Source: Eledone cirrhosa
Lineage: Eukaryota
NCBI GenBank assembly: GCA_964016885.1
Contig: OZ024746.1
Span: 14,508,001-14,572,000 of the forward strand
DNA: 64,000 nucleotides
Direction of reading: 5' to 3'
Positions 11,600 to 25,885 of the stretch are shown here, in pieces. The notes below the pieces were generated by a model. That model was not told the DNA's origin and made no database searches. It saw only the letters and a list, made by a program, of their open reading frames with translations. A program made the translations under genes and the position numbers. Within the stretch, counting starts at the first letter, position 1. Every line of letters starts with the position of its first letter.

Positions 11600-12400
11600 C
11601 CTACACAAAAGCGTTGAATAATTGTGATATTTTACTAAGTTAAACGTTTGGAAAACATACCATGTCTAATGACAATAAAATAATTATTTTTCTCTGAATA
11701 ATAATAACAGCATTTCCTGAGCAGACATAATCAGTAAAAATCAATACGTCTAGATCTGGCAAAAACTTTCTTTTCAAAATAGAAGCAGATGCATATATGT
11801 ATATTTAAAACTTACATTCCCTTAGGAAAGACTTAAATTTAAAAGTTTACATTAATATCCAGCGCTGAAACATAATAATGCATGTTGTTTAGAACAGGTG
11901 CATCGTATATAAAATCCATTATATATTACCGGTTATATTTCAAACTATTATCACTTCTCCTGTATCGTCTGCTATCAATTTTCAATTGAAAATGTGCATC
12001 CTATTAAAAGGAAAAAATGAAAGAAAAGAAATTCTCTAGCAGTGCATATAATCCATCTGCTTCTCTTCAAAGTAAATTCTTTAAATAGTTTCAATATAAC
12101 TTTTTGATATTTTACCAAGATGAAATTGTTTTTGAGAAATATTATTAAGACTGAAATATTTGAAAAAACATATTTGCCCATATCCTTTCTACTAATGTAA
12201 ATACGACATGCAACATTTTTTAAATAGTCAAACCAATCAAAAACGTTATTATACATTTTGAATCGTTTTATATATGAACAACTTTAAACTAAACACTTTA
12301 ATCTTTAATAACTCCAACCCAACTAAAATCAATAGTTTAATTAGAAACAACTACCAAGTACTAAATATCAATATGGAATTTTAAGTGCTTTATTTCAAAG
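11600..12400 (-). pseudogene. Possible highly decayed LRR-TM-TIR (Toll-like receptor-like) remnant
   Basis: In order across frames: KTIDFSW (LRR-like), YNNVFDWFDYL (LRR-CT-like), hydrophobic FLFFHFFLLIG, YDAPV and ICFY..KFLPDLDV..AVIIF (TIR box-like). There are many stops. Confidence 0.25.
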
Positions 12401-12726
12401 TTATATACATACACACAAATAATATATACACTGATACTTTATGCCGCTAAGCATGTTGTCAGACGCCCCACCGATTCTACCAACCCACCACCCTTATATT
12501 GGTAGATGGTAGATGATTTGGTAGATGGTAGACCATCGCAGAACATTGGATCTATTTTTTTTTTCATTTGAGAGCTTATTCCATAAAGTGTGTAAATTAC
12601 ATATAAATTGGATAAATTAACATATGGCTGAAATTACCAAAATGAAATATTTTACTCATGATTTCAAATTAAACAATAATTTTCGGTTTCAAATTTTTTC
12701 ATCCACTACTCTCTCTCCCTACCTCC

Positions 12727-12850
<124 letters not shown>

Positions 12851-13073
12851 CTCTCTCGAGCTCTCGAACTCTCACTCCCTCTCTCTCTCTCTCTCCTTTT
12901 CTCTCTCTCTCCCTTTCTCTCTCTCTCTTTCCCTCTCTCTCTCTCTCGATCTTTCGCTCCCTCTCTCCCTCTCTCTCACTCGATCGATCATTCGCTCGCT
13001 CATTCTCTCGCACTCTTTCGCTCTCTTACAATATTCTGTGAAATTAAGATTTGGAATTTTCGGCGTTAGCTGG

Positions 13074-13189
13074 TGTTGACACCATTACCCCACTGTTGAC
13101 ACCATTACCCCACTGTTGACACCATCACCCCACTGTTGACACCATCACCCCACTGTTGACACCATCACCCCACTGTTGACACCATCACC
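13074..13189. repeat. 20-bp tandem repeat, about 6 copies
   Basis: (TGTTGACACCATYACCCCAC)n. Confidence 0.9.
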
Positions 13190-13429
13190 TCTACCGCTGC
13201 CACTGATCTCATCTCTCTCTATCCATATCTATCGCATACACACTTTTTCCATTCCTATTCCAAAATGTGAGAAACAATTTACACCACGGCTACAACTATA
13301 ATATAATAGATAGATTGTAACGTTTCAGTGTAAGAATGGTTTTTGTGTGTGTTTTTAAAGCTATATAATATATACAATAATATATCTATAATATATACAT
13401 ATATACATATATACATATATATTTATATA

Positions 13430-13487
<58 letters not shown>

Positions 13488-13539
13488 ATAATATATCTAT
13501 AATATATACATATATACATATATACATATATATATATAT

Positions 13540-13570
<31 letters not shown>

Positions 13571-13642
13571 ATAATATATATATATATATAGAGAGAGAGA
13601 GAGGGGGAGATGAAAGAGAAAAAGAGACAGATAGATAGAAAT

Positions 13643-13679
<37 letters not shown>

Positions 13680-13683
<4 letters not shown>

Positions 13684-14085
13684 TATGTATACGTAAATAC
13701 ACATATATATACAGACGTACAGTTGTATGTATATATATATACATACATGCACACATATATATATGTACGTATGGATTCATCGAACATTTATTATAATGCT
13801 CGGTGTGTTTGTAAACAAACATCCCGAATTAAACCGTACAGTGTCTAGGAACCATCGTTGCTCATTTGTTCAACACTGACAAAGGAACGCTGTACTAGTT
13901 GCAAGCTTATTAGCTATCGTCAGCAACGTATACCTTCCTGCCAGATGGTTGAACGTCTGAAAGTATTTACTTTCCTTATGCATATTAACGACTGAGCAGC
14001 CTAATTTGCATATCGAGTGAGTTAATCGGCCGGTGAGTGCGTGTGTATACACGGGCGTTTTCTTATGACTCTGCACATACAAACT
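13680..14085 (-). mobile_element. Family A HHR element, solitary diverged copy
   Basis: Homologous to the 27396-30092 monomer and abuts (TA)n. The HHR at 13887-13929 has GAAA>GCAA. Confidence 0.85.
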
Positions 14086-14514
14086 GCATATTTATCTAAG
14101 AAGTTTGAAGAAATAATCTCAACAAATAATCTCAGTTCTTTACACTCCCTAATCCTATGTCTAAATATACAATATTAATATTTCTTTATGTTGCAACCGG
14201 ATTAAATTCGTCATAAAATTCTTAGTATTATTTTTATGCCGTTAGAGCCACGATTTAGGAAATTGACACAGTCGCTTTAGTTAACGAAATTAATAGACTA
14301 CATGTGGGATAGACGAATAGAGGGATAAACTAAATAATTTGATAAATTGGATACAGTCATTTGCATCGGTGATCAATATTAATCAATATGTAGTCTATGC
14401 TAGGTCAGTATGGTTGTTACATCCACAGTAAATCTTTCTAAATTGATTAAAACTCCAAATATAAAGTTCGGAATTAAACAGTGAGCATTTAGCCTTTGGA
14501 CATGTATTAATAAT

Positions 14515-14712
14515 TGTTACTGATTTAGGCACAAGGCCAGCAATTTTAGGGGGAGGGGAAAGTCGATTAAATCGACCCCAGTACATTACTGGTGCTTTAT
14601 TTTATCGACCCCGTAACGATGAAAGGGATTTGAATTCAGAACGTAAAGAGCCATAACTCTATTCCGCTAAGCATGTTATCAGACGCTCCACCGATTCTGC
14701 CAATCCACCACC
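14515..14712 (-). mobile_element. tRNA-derived SINE (main family)
   Basis: Homologous to 19943-20130, with box A/B and the GGGGTCGATAAAATAAAG domain. Confidence 0.8.
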
Positions 14713-15344
14713 CTTATATTGGTAGATGGTAGATGATTTGGTAGATGGTAGACCATCGCAGAACATTGGATCCATTTTGTTTTCATTTGAGTGTGTAAAC
14801 ATATTGCAGACGATAGAGATACGTTAGAAGTCTGAGAGCATCTATATTTACCGTGTGTATAATGCGTCAAATTTCCAGTCTGGTGTTACTGAGGAAACAG
14901 TTTGATGTTCCACAGATCGTGAAACATTTGTAAATTTATACAAAATGCACATCTATTAATTACTGTCGACTAGAAAATATTCTTTCTTATTTTGTCTGTC
15001 AGAAGTTTATATTAAAAAAAACAACAGTGTTATATGAATAAAATCATAGTTTGAAAGTGTCTGCTTATCAAAGCCTACATTCGTTTTCCTAATAGTATCC
15101 GAATCGATGAATATTATATATACATTATAGAAAAATGACCTATTATATTTCATCATCAAGTTATATATGTTTTTAAATTATAAACAAAACACGGTTTTGC
15201 TGTTTTAAAATTATTTTCTTAGGGTGTTTCTGTTTATTTTATTAACCCTAAGTAGGTTTATGAGCTATTAAGGAACAATATCTTTATTTTCTATTGACTG
15301 AGTTGTGAGTGTGTGAGTATTTATGTATATGTGTAAGTATAAGT

Positions 15345-16162
<818 letters not shown>

Positions 16163-16167
<5 letters not shown>

Positions 16168-16550
16168 CGAAACAAGTCAATTGCATGAATTCATAATCCT
16201 TTATTTACTGGTATATATATTTCATCATTTACTGGTATATATATTTCATCAGGCAGTTAGTCAGTTCTTAGATATGCCAGGTCTGTGTTTATGATGTTGA
16301 TGGTATCAGAGCCTTGGGACATATGAGCTTGTTAGGGATAATTTAATGTTGTCAGCAGGAATAATCTTAATTCTCATTGGTCAGTTTGCTAGTAGGGTTG
16401 GTATTTGACCTCAAAGAGGCAGATGGTGTTGTAAAGTTCAAACCGTCAGGCAAGATGACAATAGTTCAATATGACTGATTTTCACAAAAAGCATTCCTGG
16501 TCAGATTTATATTCAATTGAGGTTTATAGTATGAAATTCGATACTACAGG

Positions 16551-16553
<3 letters not shown>
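16163..16553 (-). mobile_element. PLE 3' remnant (endonuclease C-terminal tail plus degenerate HHR) between (TA)n tracts
   Basis: Minus translation RNAFCENQSY*TIVILPDGLN resembles the PLE GIY-YIG end (R..E....L....PxGLN). Downstream is a scrambled CTGATGA..GAAA TATATA TA ccag and AATAAA. Confidence 0.45.
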
Positions 16554-16612
<59 letters not shown>

Positions 16613-16757
16613 TCCAAATTCTTAATTTGTTGAGGTGTTTTTACTGTGACTAATGCTCCGCACCTCTATCGGCGTGTGTGTGTATATATATGTTTGTATG
16701 TATGCATAATTAAGTGTGTGTATATATATATACCTATGCATAGGTAAGTGTGTATAT

Positions 16758-18754
16758 TAGGCATATTCCTAAAGAACACTTTTGTTAAAAAAATAAATGA
16801 GCATGCCATTTTCAGATGAACTTTTACTAGAAAATACTTGTGAGCATGTTAAAAAATATTAGAATTTTAAAAAACTCTTGCACAAGGTAGATTATTAAAC
16901 ATTGATTAACTAATATAGAATTGCATATACAATATACGTGTGTATGTAATAAAAATATAGTGTGCAATTTAACAGTACTCTTCTTCAAATTGTTTAATGG
17001 ATCAACTTTATTGCTTATTCATCACTTATTTGTCAGTTTAATATGTTCATAAAATTCATAAAATACATAAATAGAATAAATTAAAATTTGCGAGGTATAT
17101 TTATTAATATATTTTAATATTTATAATTATATTATATTAATATTATAAATTTCAGATGTATAAAAATCCAGTTGCTAAAGAGGAAAATAAAAAGATTTGG
17201 GCACAAAATATTTGTCATTTTGAGAAGAGAAAGAAATCTAGGAAAACGAAAAATCAAAGTTCATTAATCGAATTATGCAAGCTACCTACTGAGCAACAGA
17301 TCGTTGATAGATATATCACTCTTGCTGCTGAAGAGAAAAATACCAAAAAAAGAATTAAGATAATTACTGGAGAATGTGAAAGTTTATGGGAAAAGTTCAG
17401 CTTTCCAACTATCAACAAACTTTCAATACCTCGAAAGATTGAAAAGATAATTTAAAAAGTGAAAAGACCTGGCTCTGCGAATTTCAATAATCTGTTTGAC
17501 ATTACAAAAAAATATGGGATATGGTTAGCAGCCGAAGATTTGTCATTTTATGAAAAGCAAGTTGAGAGTTGTCGAAAGGTTGGGTATACTACAATGAAAA
17601 TAGACAGTGAAAAGAAAATCCATCCTTCTAAGAGAATTAGAAACAAAAAACAAGAACTAGATCATGATAAGCCATCCTGCTCATACATTCATCTGAACTC
17701 AAATGAAAGTTACAGTGACACCGATACAAATACCAGCGATTACAAACCTTCACCTTCACCAGAAAAAAAAACGAAAAAGAGAAAACACAGCTCATGCTGT
17801 TAACCTAGTAAGAAATACTAAATTACCTAGTAAAAAAGCAGCAGCAGTTTGCAACGAATTTAAAAGTAGTGGTATTAAGGTGAGCACTCCGAGTGCACAA
17901 AGCAGTTATCAGAGGTGAGAAACATGGAGAAGTGGAAAAATGGAGCCTTCATTTTGATGGAAAACGAATGAGAGACGTAGAATATCAGGTTGTAGTGATA
18001 AAAAATGATGAGAAAGAAATACGCCTGAGGCTGATGGCATTAACCGATGGAAAGGCTCTTACTATATTTAATGGAAGTTATTGGCAAATATAAACTAGTG
18101 TCAATACCGGCAAAAAGGCAGGAGTTGTTGCCATGCTCAACAGTGAGTTCGCGCATCGCTTGCTGTAACCGCGATGCGCGAACTCACAATGCTCGTTGGA
18201 ATAGCCGAGCAATTTATTTGTTGCTTGGGTTTATTTTGATTCCTGATGAACGAGAGAAGCTGCGCGCTGGTGCCGAATACATCTGCGGAATGTGGGGGGA
18301 AATGTGATTCTCAAGTCAACTGTATAGAGCTGACAGCAAGCAGAAACTCATTGACCAACTAATTAAGGCCAAGTGTGAAAAGGCTGCAAATACCGTTAGA
18401 AAATGTTGGTCTAATGAAGAATCTCCAATTGTGACGCAATACTCGAACATTTGCGCTGAGCGAGCTGTAAGAGTTGTGCAGGACCTTTTGCCATTTTGTA
18501 AAAGTAGTAGAACCTTAGAGATTAAATTTTGTTTAACTAATAATTAAAATAAATTTTTTATTGTCATAATTTATTGTTTTAAGTATTTATTTTATGGGAC
18601 TGTCTAATTACCCAAAAATAAAAAATATAATTTAGTATGTGCATGAATTTTTTTCAAAATTTACAAAAAAACTACTGCAATTCTTTCTTTATGACAAAAA
18701 CCTCATTAGAAAAAAGCATGCTCATATGTAGTTGTAAAAAAAGTCATATGCCTA
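16758..18754 (+). mobile_element. hAT-superfamily (hATm-like) DNA transposon, full-length ends, decayed transposase
   Basis: TIR TAGGCATAT/ATATGCCTA with subterminal ATGAGCATGC/GCATGCTCAT and an 8-bp TSD GTGTATAT on both sides. Broken ORFs at 17156-18545 carry WSLHFDGK and SNICAERAVRVVQD. Confidence 0.8.
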
Positions 18755-18917
18755 GTGTATATGTATATATACATACATATATATATGTGTGTGTGTGTGT
18801 GTAGTATATTTGGCAATATACCGTATGTTTAATTTAAAATATTTAGAAGACCATACGCTATCAATTTTAAAGTAGTGACTATGTCACTTACTTCTTTTCG
18901 ACGAAAGCAGGGAGAGA

Positions 18918-18959
18918 AGCTGACAGTCTGTTTCACGCTGGTTGGCCTTCATCAGAGCC
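18918..18959 (-). ncRNA. Type I hammerhead ribozyme (family D, copy 1)
   Basis: ggct-CTGATGA-aggc caacca gcgt-GAAA-CAGACTG-TC-agct. GUC triplet, with helix I extended by a ~19-bp outer stem (TTTTCGGCGAAAGCAGGGG / TCCCTGCTTTCGTCGAAAA). Confidence 0.7.
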
Positions 18960-19233
18960 AGGTACTCCCCTGCTTTCGCCGAAAATTATAGAAGCTGGAT
19001 TCTTATAGAATTCCAGTAATAATCAGGAGCTGATTATACAGAGCGATTGCCGGTCCAGCAAAAATTAGGTATTAGGATTGGTGCTCTGAAATAGCGATGT
19101 ATACATGAATGTATGTATAGTATATTTGGCAATATACCGTATGTTTAGTTAAAAACATTTAGAAGACCATACGCTATCAGTTTTAGAGTAGTGACTATGT
19201 CACTTACTTCTTTTCGACGAAAGAAGGGAGAGA

Positions 19234-19275
19234 AGCTGACAGTCTGTTTCACGCTGGTTGGCCTTCATCAGAGCC
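19234..19275 (-). ncRNA. Type I hammerhead ribozyme (family D, copy 2)
   Basis: Same motif as 18918-18959, 316 bp away. Confidence 0.7.
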
Positions 19276-19942
19276 ACATACTCCCCTATATGTATATATA
19301 TATATATCGTGGTACTCAGTAAAAGGTCTTCTCTAGATCAAGCTCGATATATAGGCTTACTATTATCTAGGAACTTCTCTTGCAGTTTTCTCAAGATGAC
19401 ATCTGTAGTACTCCTCCCTGACACAAAATCGAACTTCATCACATCTAGTTTGACTCTTTCCCTAATTAGTTGCGCTAGAAATCATTCTGTGTTCTTTCAT
19501 AACTTGATCCATTGGTTTTATGCCTCTGATTCTATACAACGTATAAATTACTCAAACTACCTTTTAAAACATGAAATTTATAGACTGTCAAAAACTATAA
19601 AAGCTAGGAAAGTAGCGACTGCAATATGTGTTAAGCCAATATTTAAATTGTTTTATATAGTTAATATAGTAGTTTGGTAGAAATGATAGCATTTTGGGGT
19701 AAAATTATTAATCTATATTCTCGATCGATTTGAAATACTCTGGACATTCATGATTGAAGGATCGATAATGTATCCATTAATAGTATTCTGAGATTAAACC
19801 AATTGACTATATGCTGGGTCTTCAAAATTAGTGTTACAAAAAAGTAATGAAATCTTAAACAGGAAGCAAGTATCTAAAATGTTACTAATATTTGTACATA
19901 GACATCCTTAACTAAAATTGAGCCATTATAAAACCTAATAAG

Positions 19943-20130
19943 GGCGGTGGATTGGCAGTATCGGTAGAGGGTCGGACGCCATGCTTTGACGCATAGAGTC
20001 ACGGTCCTTGCCATTCTGAGTTCAAATCCTGCCGAGGTTAACTTTGCCTTTCATCCTTACGGGGTCGATAAAATAAAGTACCAGTAATGCACTGGGTAAT
20101 TGCTGGCCTTGTGCCAAAAGTAGAAACAAT
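19943..20130 (+). mobile_element. tRNA-derived SINE (main family), with TSD
   Basis: Box A TGGCAGTATCGG, box B GAGTTCAAATCC, central GCCTTTCATCCTTACGGGGTCGATAAAATAAAGTACCAG. The TSD TAAAACCTAATA flanks both sides. Confidence 0.85.
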
Positions 20131-21619
20131 TGTAAAACCTAATATTTACATGATTAACCAGGTGTTTTGCTCGTATCAAATATTTGTTTTAAATGTATCC
20201 TTGAAATAAAACTGGCCAACCAGAATTTACATGGAATCAAATGAATCGGCGAGTTATGTTATTTATGGAAATGAATCAACATTCCAGAAAAATATGAAAA
20301 TCTAATAACGTGTAAAATATAATAAAGTGTCTTTGATGCTCCATGGAATGGGACATTCTTATTATGGTGCAGGAGCTGAATATGCTGAGACATTTGTAAA
20401 TATAGCATACGTTATTCCTCTTAATATTCATAGTTGCTTCCAAGGGAATAACGAGCATCCATTGATCGTAAAGTAGAAAACATATCCCCTACATTATAAC
20501 AATTTTGCTTTAGCGGTTATTAGGGGAGATTATTAATAATGTGTTCTCTATAAATATAGCTTTTGATCTCGAAGAGGATATTAACTACTATTCCCGTAAC
20601 AAAGCTTTCAGTTGACATTTTAACCAATTTTATTAGTATAAGAGGATAATGGTATCAAATGATCAATGTTTGCTTCGTAACGATGTAACTTGAAACCGAA
20701 AAGGTGTAATATATTCGCTCTAAAGAGGATTGTATATATATTTGGGAATAGTCTCCTATCATAATTGACAGAAATATTTTTTATATCATGATTGTTAAAT
20801 GTTGTACATTTACAGTACAATAAACCAGAGTTTCAAAAGTTTATAATATTTTATAATATTTCATCCTTACTAACTTCGTTTTACTATTTCCATAATTAGC
20901 TTTGAATTCACACAAATAATATGAAACCTGAATATATAACCATAAATTTTTCAAAATGTCTCTCTTGTGAGAAGAATACAATGAACATATTCCATTTTGT
21001 AAATTTTACCTGGATTTTGTCAATTTCTACCATCAACAGTTTTCTCGAATCATAATGTTTTCTTTACACTTTACAGTATCTAATTTACTGTTTTCTGCTC
21101 TAGAGTTCAAATCCCATATTGGTTACTTATTTTTCTTTTGACACTTTCTATTACTTTTCCCTTCACTTACTCTCTTTATCAATTTCATATCTATTTTTAT
21201 TTTAAGAAATAACTGACGAATTCAATATTGCGCAATTCTCAACAATGCTTACTCTTACATTACTCTTTCTAACGTTGACTCTATCAGTCTTCAAAGTCTT
21301 TTGTTTACGTTCCTTATGACCCTCGAAATTTTCACGATCTTGCATGTTATCACATTATTTCTTTCGAGAATAATTGTCAATAAGATAGAACACACGCATA
21401 TCCATTAAAATAAAATAGGTGAATGGTATACCTAGAATATAGCAATAACATGTCAAGTAGCAATAATATATTGCAGGAAACAATATAACTTTTATATTGT
21501 CTTTCTCTCTATAGTATCAAATATTAAACCATTATATAGTATAATTCGATCCACAACAATTTAATTTTACTCATCACCCAGCAAAAATATTCACATGACT
21601 CTATCAATATTAATATCAA

Positions 21620-21910
21620 TCTGTCGTGGAAGAGATTGGTGTCAATCGACAGTTGGTTGAAATGGTAAGGAAAAGGAAACTTCAGTATTTTGGTCATGTC
21701 ATCAGGGCCCAAGATTTGACTACCCACATCCTTGAGGGACGAATACAGGGGAAAAGGGCCAGGGGATGGCAGTAAAGGAGATGGACAGATGATATTAGGG
21801 AAGAAGTTTGGCGGAATGTACTGCAATGGCAAGAGACAGGAAAGGATGAAGAGTGTTGGTCTATAAGTCCATGACCCCCGATCCTCAGATATGAGGATGG
21901 GATGTGAAGG
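21620..21910 (+). mobile_element. RTE-clade LINE 3' fragment
   Basis: EMVRKRKLQYFGHVIRAQDLTTHILEGRIQGKRARGWQ*RRWTDDIR. Confidence 0.8.
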
Positions 21911-22291
21911 AAGCAATATATATATCAATGGCTAGGCCCCAGCATGGCCTCAGACTATCGGCTAGAAAACGTATTAGAGTAATAGAGTAATATACATATA
22001 CACATATATGTATGTGTGTGTGTGATATACATATACATATATATATGTATGTGTGTGTGCTTGTATGAGTGTGTGTACGTGTGTGTGTGTATGTGTATTT
22101 TGTACGTATAGATCTTCCGATATGAATGTGTTTAGCGTTCTCGCGCGGTTGCTGGGGTAGGTGCTTCCATATATACCTCTATTCTGAATTACACTGTGTT
22201 TGTGCTACTGCGAATACATACACACACACTTATACACTTACATACACACACACCCACACGCACACGCACACACATATACACACAAATATGT

Positions 22292-22331
<40 letters not shown>

Positions 22332-22332
<1 letters not shown>

Positions 22333-22384
22333 CGGAAAAAATGAAACGAAATTTCATTTCCCACTCTTAGTACGGCTGTACATA

Positions 22385-22392
<8 letters not shown>
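22332..22392 (-). mobile_element. Family A 3'-end stub in (TA)n
   Basis: ACGGAAAAAATGAAACGAAATTTCATTTCCCACTCTTAGTACGGCTG matches the family A terminus. Confidence 0.75.
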
Positions 22393-22479
<87 letters not shown>

Positions 22480-23068
22480 CATAATTTTTACTTATATATA
22501 TATATATATTCACCTGTGTGTATATTATTAATATAAATACCATGACATGCGTGTAAATAAAAATATATATAATATTGTTTGTAGTATCACGTTAGTTAAT
22601 CCTTCCAAGTGGATAGACATTGATGTTGTTTGTTCTACTTGGGAAGTTCTATTGCATCACATTACATAAAACGAATATTTTAGATTTCAAGCTTTGAATT
22701 GATTCATTTAAAGTTTCCGTTTTATGTATTACCTTTGCTTATAATTGCAATATTACGTGACGATTGAATAAAATGCTAGGGCTCAATATGCCATGCTCCA
22801 TGTAACTGTTCCAGATTGAAGCCATTTATTCACTTTGAAATGAATATCATAGACTACCATTTCAATATCACCATAAAAGGAGGAAATTTGGTTTTGAAAA
22901 TATTTCAATATGCCAACGACAAATCCGATTCGTAATATTATAAACATTGCAATATTTAAGATTTGTATATGACATTTCACATAATGTAATTATATCTCCT
23001 TTTCCTTGTGTATTCTTACTTTTTAATGAAGCTCACGTTTGGAGTAAGTATGTGTGTGTATATTCTAC

Positions 23069-23104
<36 letters not shown>

Positions 23105-23799
23105 GATGGGACGTGTATTTGTGGAGTGTGTATTTTTGGTCGATTAAATCGAGGTATTTTATTTTATCCATTCAGGAAGAATGAAAGGCACAATTGACCT
23201 CAGTGAGATTTGAACTCAGATAATGAAAAGCCTGTATAAATATCACGTTTCCTGGCACTCTGACAATTATAATTCCGCTCTACATAATGTTAAGATCGAT
23301 TACACTAGTTTACTGAAGTTCTTTTTCATTCCCATTTTATATGATTTTCTATCAAGGTTGATATGCTGAATACGAAAGATATATTAGTTTTTCTATAATT
23401 TCCATGGAAACGCAAAATGTATTGCAATTTCAACTACATTGCGCAACATATTATAGACATCATATAACATAGCGAGCAATCCTGAAAAATGCAACAAAAC
23501 TGTAATAACTATGGCGGTATAATGGATCAAAAACATCAATACGCTCAGAATTGAACACTGGACCATCATTGACTCCTGTGGTGTATACTGTCTTCTTGAG
23601 CCATGTTCCAAATATAACCACGCATTATTGCTTCATACCACCTACCCTGATACCATTTCTCTATCAACTGTATGTCCTGATGGATTAATTCACCAAACAC
23701 TTCTCACACAGCACAACGATTCTATCGGAAAATTCCCAAATGAGAATTCAAATAGAGTAGCTTAAATGACATGTTATATCACATACTTCTATAACTTTC

Positions 23800-24978
23800 A
23801 AGTAGCTCTTCAATAAGAGCTTTGTAATTAATTCTTCACTTTGCTGTGCCCAGAAAGCTATTGACAATGTTCTTGAATTCATTCCATGTACTTTTCTCCA
23901 CCACTGTCATCTTCATATCCAGAGTTTTGGGATGCAAGTATTTTCTTCACCTTTAGTCCAATAAACACACCAGCAACATGTTTTGTATCGAATAACTTCG
24001 AAAACATTGGCCGCATATTGACTTTGGCTTCACTTTTATGATCTAAGGCTGTGACGAATTATCTTATCAAGCCAGGCCAAGTTTTAATGTGAAGCAGGGG
24101 TACGAGGATTTTATCAACAGATAAAACAGTATTATAATTTACATTTCGGACGTCCGGCTGCATGTCTGACCTTTTTACCATCCTCGTTTTATAAAATGTT
24201 TTTCTCTGTATCTGTTACCCACAAACACAAAGCAAGGATGTTTAATATATATACCCTGAAATTCTAGCAAAAATTCCCTCATCTTACAATCATACGACAC
24301 ATTCCACTTGTAATCGTCATATTTTAACCTTTCGAGTAACAACTTTATATTTTTATAATTTTCTTTCAAGAGTGACCAGCAGAGAGTGATGGATTGGGAT
24401 TCCTGATATAAAGCAGCACTGTTTTCAGACTTTTCATAGATCTGACAATGCCGTGGTCAGTACTTCAAACGTTTCAACTTTACCTATAATAGGGCACCAT
24501 TCAAGTCTCTTACGAGGTCATCAAGCTTTTACTGGTTTCAGTAAAATGATCGTTTCCTCTTTTTCCTAGTCTTCATTATGATCAAACATTTCGATTTCAA
24601 CTTCATCTTTTAAGCCAAAAATTGAATGAGCCACAATTGGTAGTTGTTTGTCATATGGCACAGGAAGATGGGATATTTGATTACACTAGTTTCTTCTTAT
24701 CTTATGGTCCTTTATAAACAGACACGTCTACCATACAGAAATAGCAGTTGTTTAAATGGTCTGTCGGTTCTTATCAGATTATCAGAATAGCAAATGGCAT
24801 ACATTTGCTGCATCCGTCTTTCTAGTGTAGATGTGCAATTACTACAGATTACTTAAGGGGCCCATGGCTTGTCATAGTCTCCAATGAGAGTGCCGATGGA
24901 CTTTTCATATGTGACATCATATTTGGTACTCTTTGAAGCAACACATTTGACTTGTTTTGAGCCAATGTGATGTGTACA
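23800..24978 (-). mobile_element. Decayed DNA transposase, Chapaev-like (CMC group; family name tentative)
   Basis: Minus frames give MPFAILI..EPTDHLNNCYFCMVDV, KENYKNIKLLLERLKYDDYKWNV..HPCF, VDKILVPLLHIK..GLI and GVFIGLKVKKIL. The frame continues beyond the Helitron at about 25886-25915. Confidence 0.6.
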
Positions 24979-25885
24979 TCTATATATATAAAACTGTGGT
25001 TGTCTGTCTGTCTATCGATTTTTGGCACACATCTCCTCTTAGAATCTCTCACGGAATTGCACCGAAATTGCTATACTTGTACATTGAGCCCTAGCGAAGA
25101 CATCGGAAAAAAAATATTTCAAATTGACCCACCCTATGTGACGAAATCGAATATAATGTATCGATTTTTGAGCGTAAGTTATCAGTTATTTCCCTTTGTT
25201 CTGTTTACATTGAGCGTCTTACGTAAAAAATTACGCTGGCTTTCTCAGCGTTTAAAATGACATTAACACAATACACGAACAGTTGAACACTAAGCTTCCG
25301 TTTTGCTTCATTTCCATTTAAAAGCATTTTAAAACAATATTTTTACTTGAAAACAAGTCTATTTAAAGACTACGTAAAACAAGCAAATATTTCGTCGTTA
25401 GGCGTGCAGACAGACAGTCGTGCAGACAGACAGTCGTGCAGAGAGGTGATATACGCGTGCAGACAGACAGTCGTGCAGAGAGGTGATATAGGCGTGCAGA
25501 CAGACAGTTGTGCAGAGAGGTGATATAGGCGTGCAGACAGACAGTCGTGCAGAGAGGTGATATAGGCGTGCAGACAGACATAACTGATAATTTGGTTACG
25601 CTAATGTTTTTCTCTGCGTTGCAGTGTTTACATTTTCGATCTTTGTTAATAAATAACCAGTGCAGTTTCTATCCCCAGCATCCTCTTTTGTTATAACATT
25701 CGGGTTATCGTTATGTTTTCTTAACTTCATAAGGCATATTGTTGGTTGAGGGAATATTAATCAAAAACACCACATGCAAGTCTGCACAGTAGACACTACA
25801 GTTTTTAAGCCAAGAAAGAAACTTAACATTGTAACTTTAACACAGCTACTGAGCGACCCCGAGCAACGCCGGGCTTTACTGCTAG
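24979..25885 (+). mobile_element. Non-autonomous Helitron, complete ends
   Basis: A|TCTATATATATAAAA 5' end. The 3' end has hairpin CCCG-agcaacgc-CGGG then CTAG|T. An internal ~37-bp minisatellite lies at 25400-25580. Confidence 0.8.

Larger units (their letters stand above)
18802..19288 (-). mobile_element. Family D HHR element, about 1.5 tandem copies of a ~316-bp unit
   Basis: 18802-18968 is repeated at 19118-19287 and the element is flanked by (GT)n/(TA)n. Confidence 0.8.

Noticed and set aside
13074-13189. CRISPR-like short repeat array
   Set aside because: The 20-bp repeats abut with no spacers, the context is eukaryotic and there are no cas genes.
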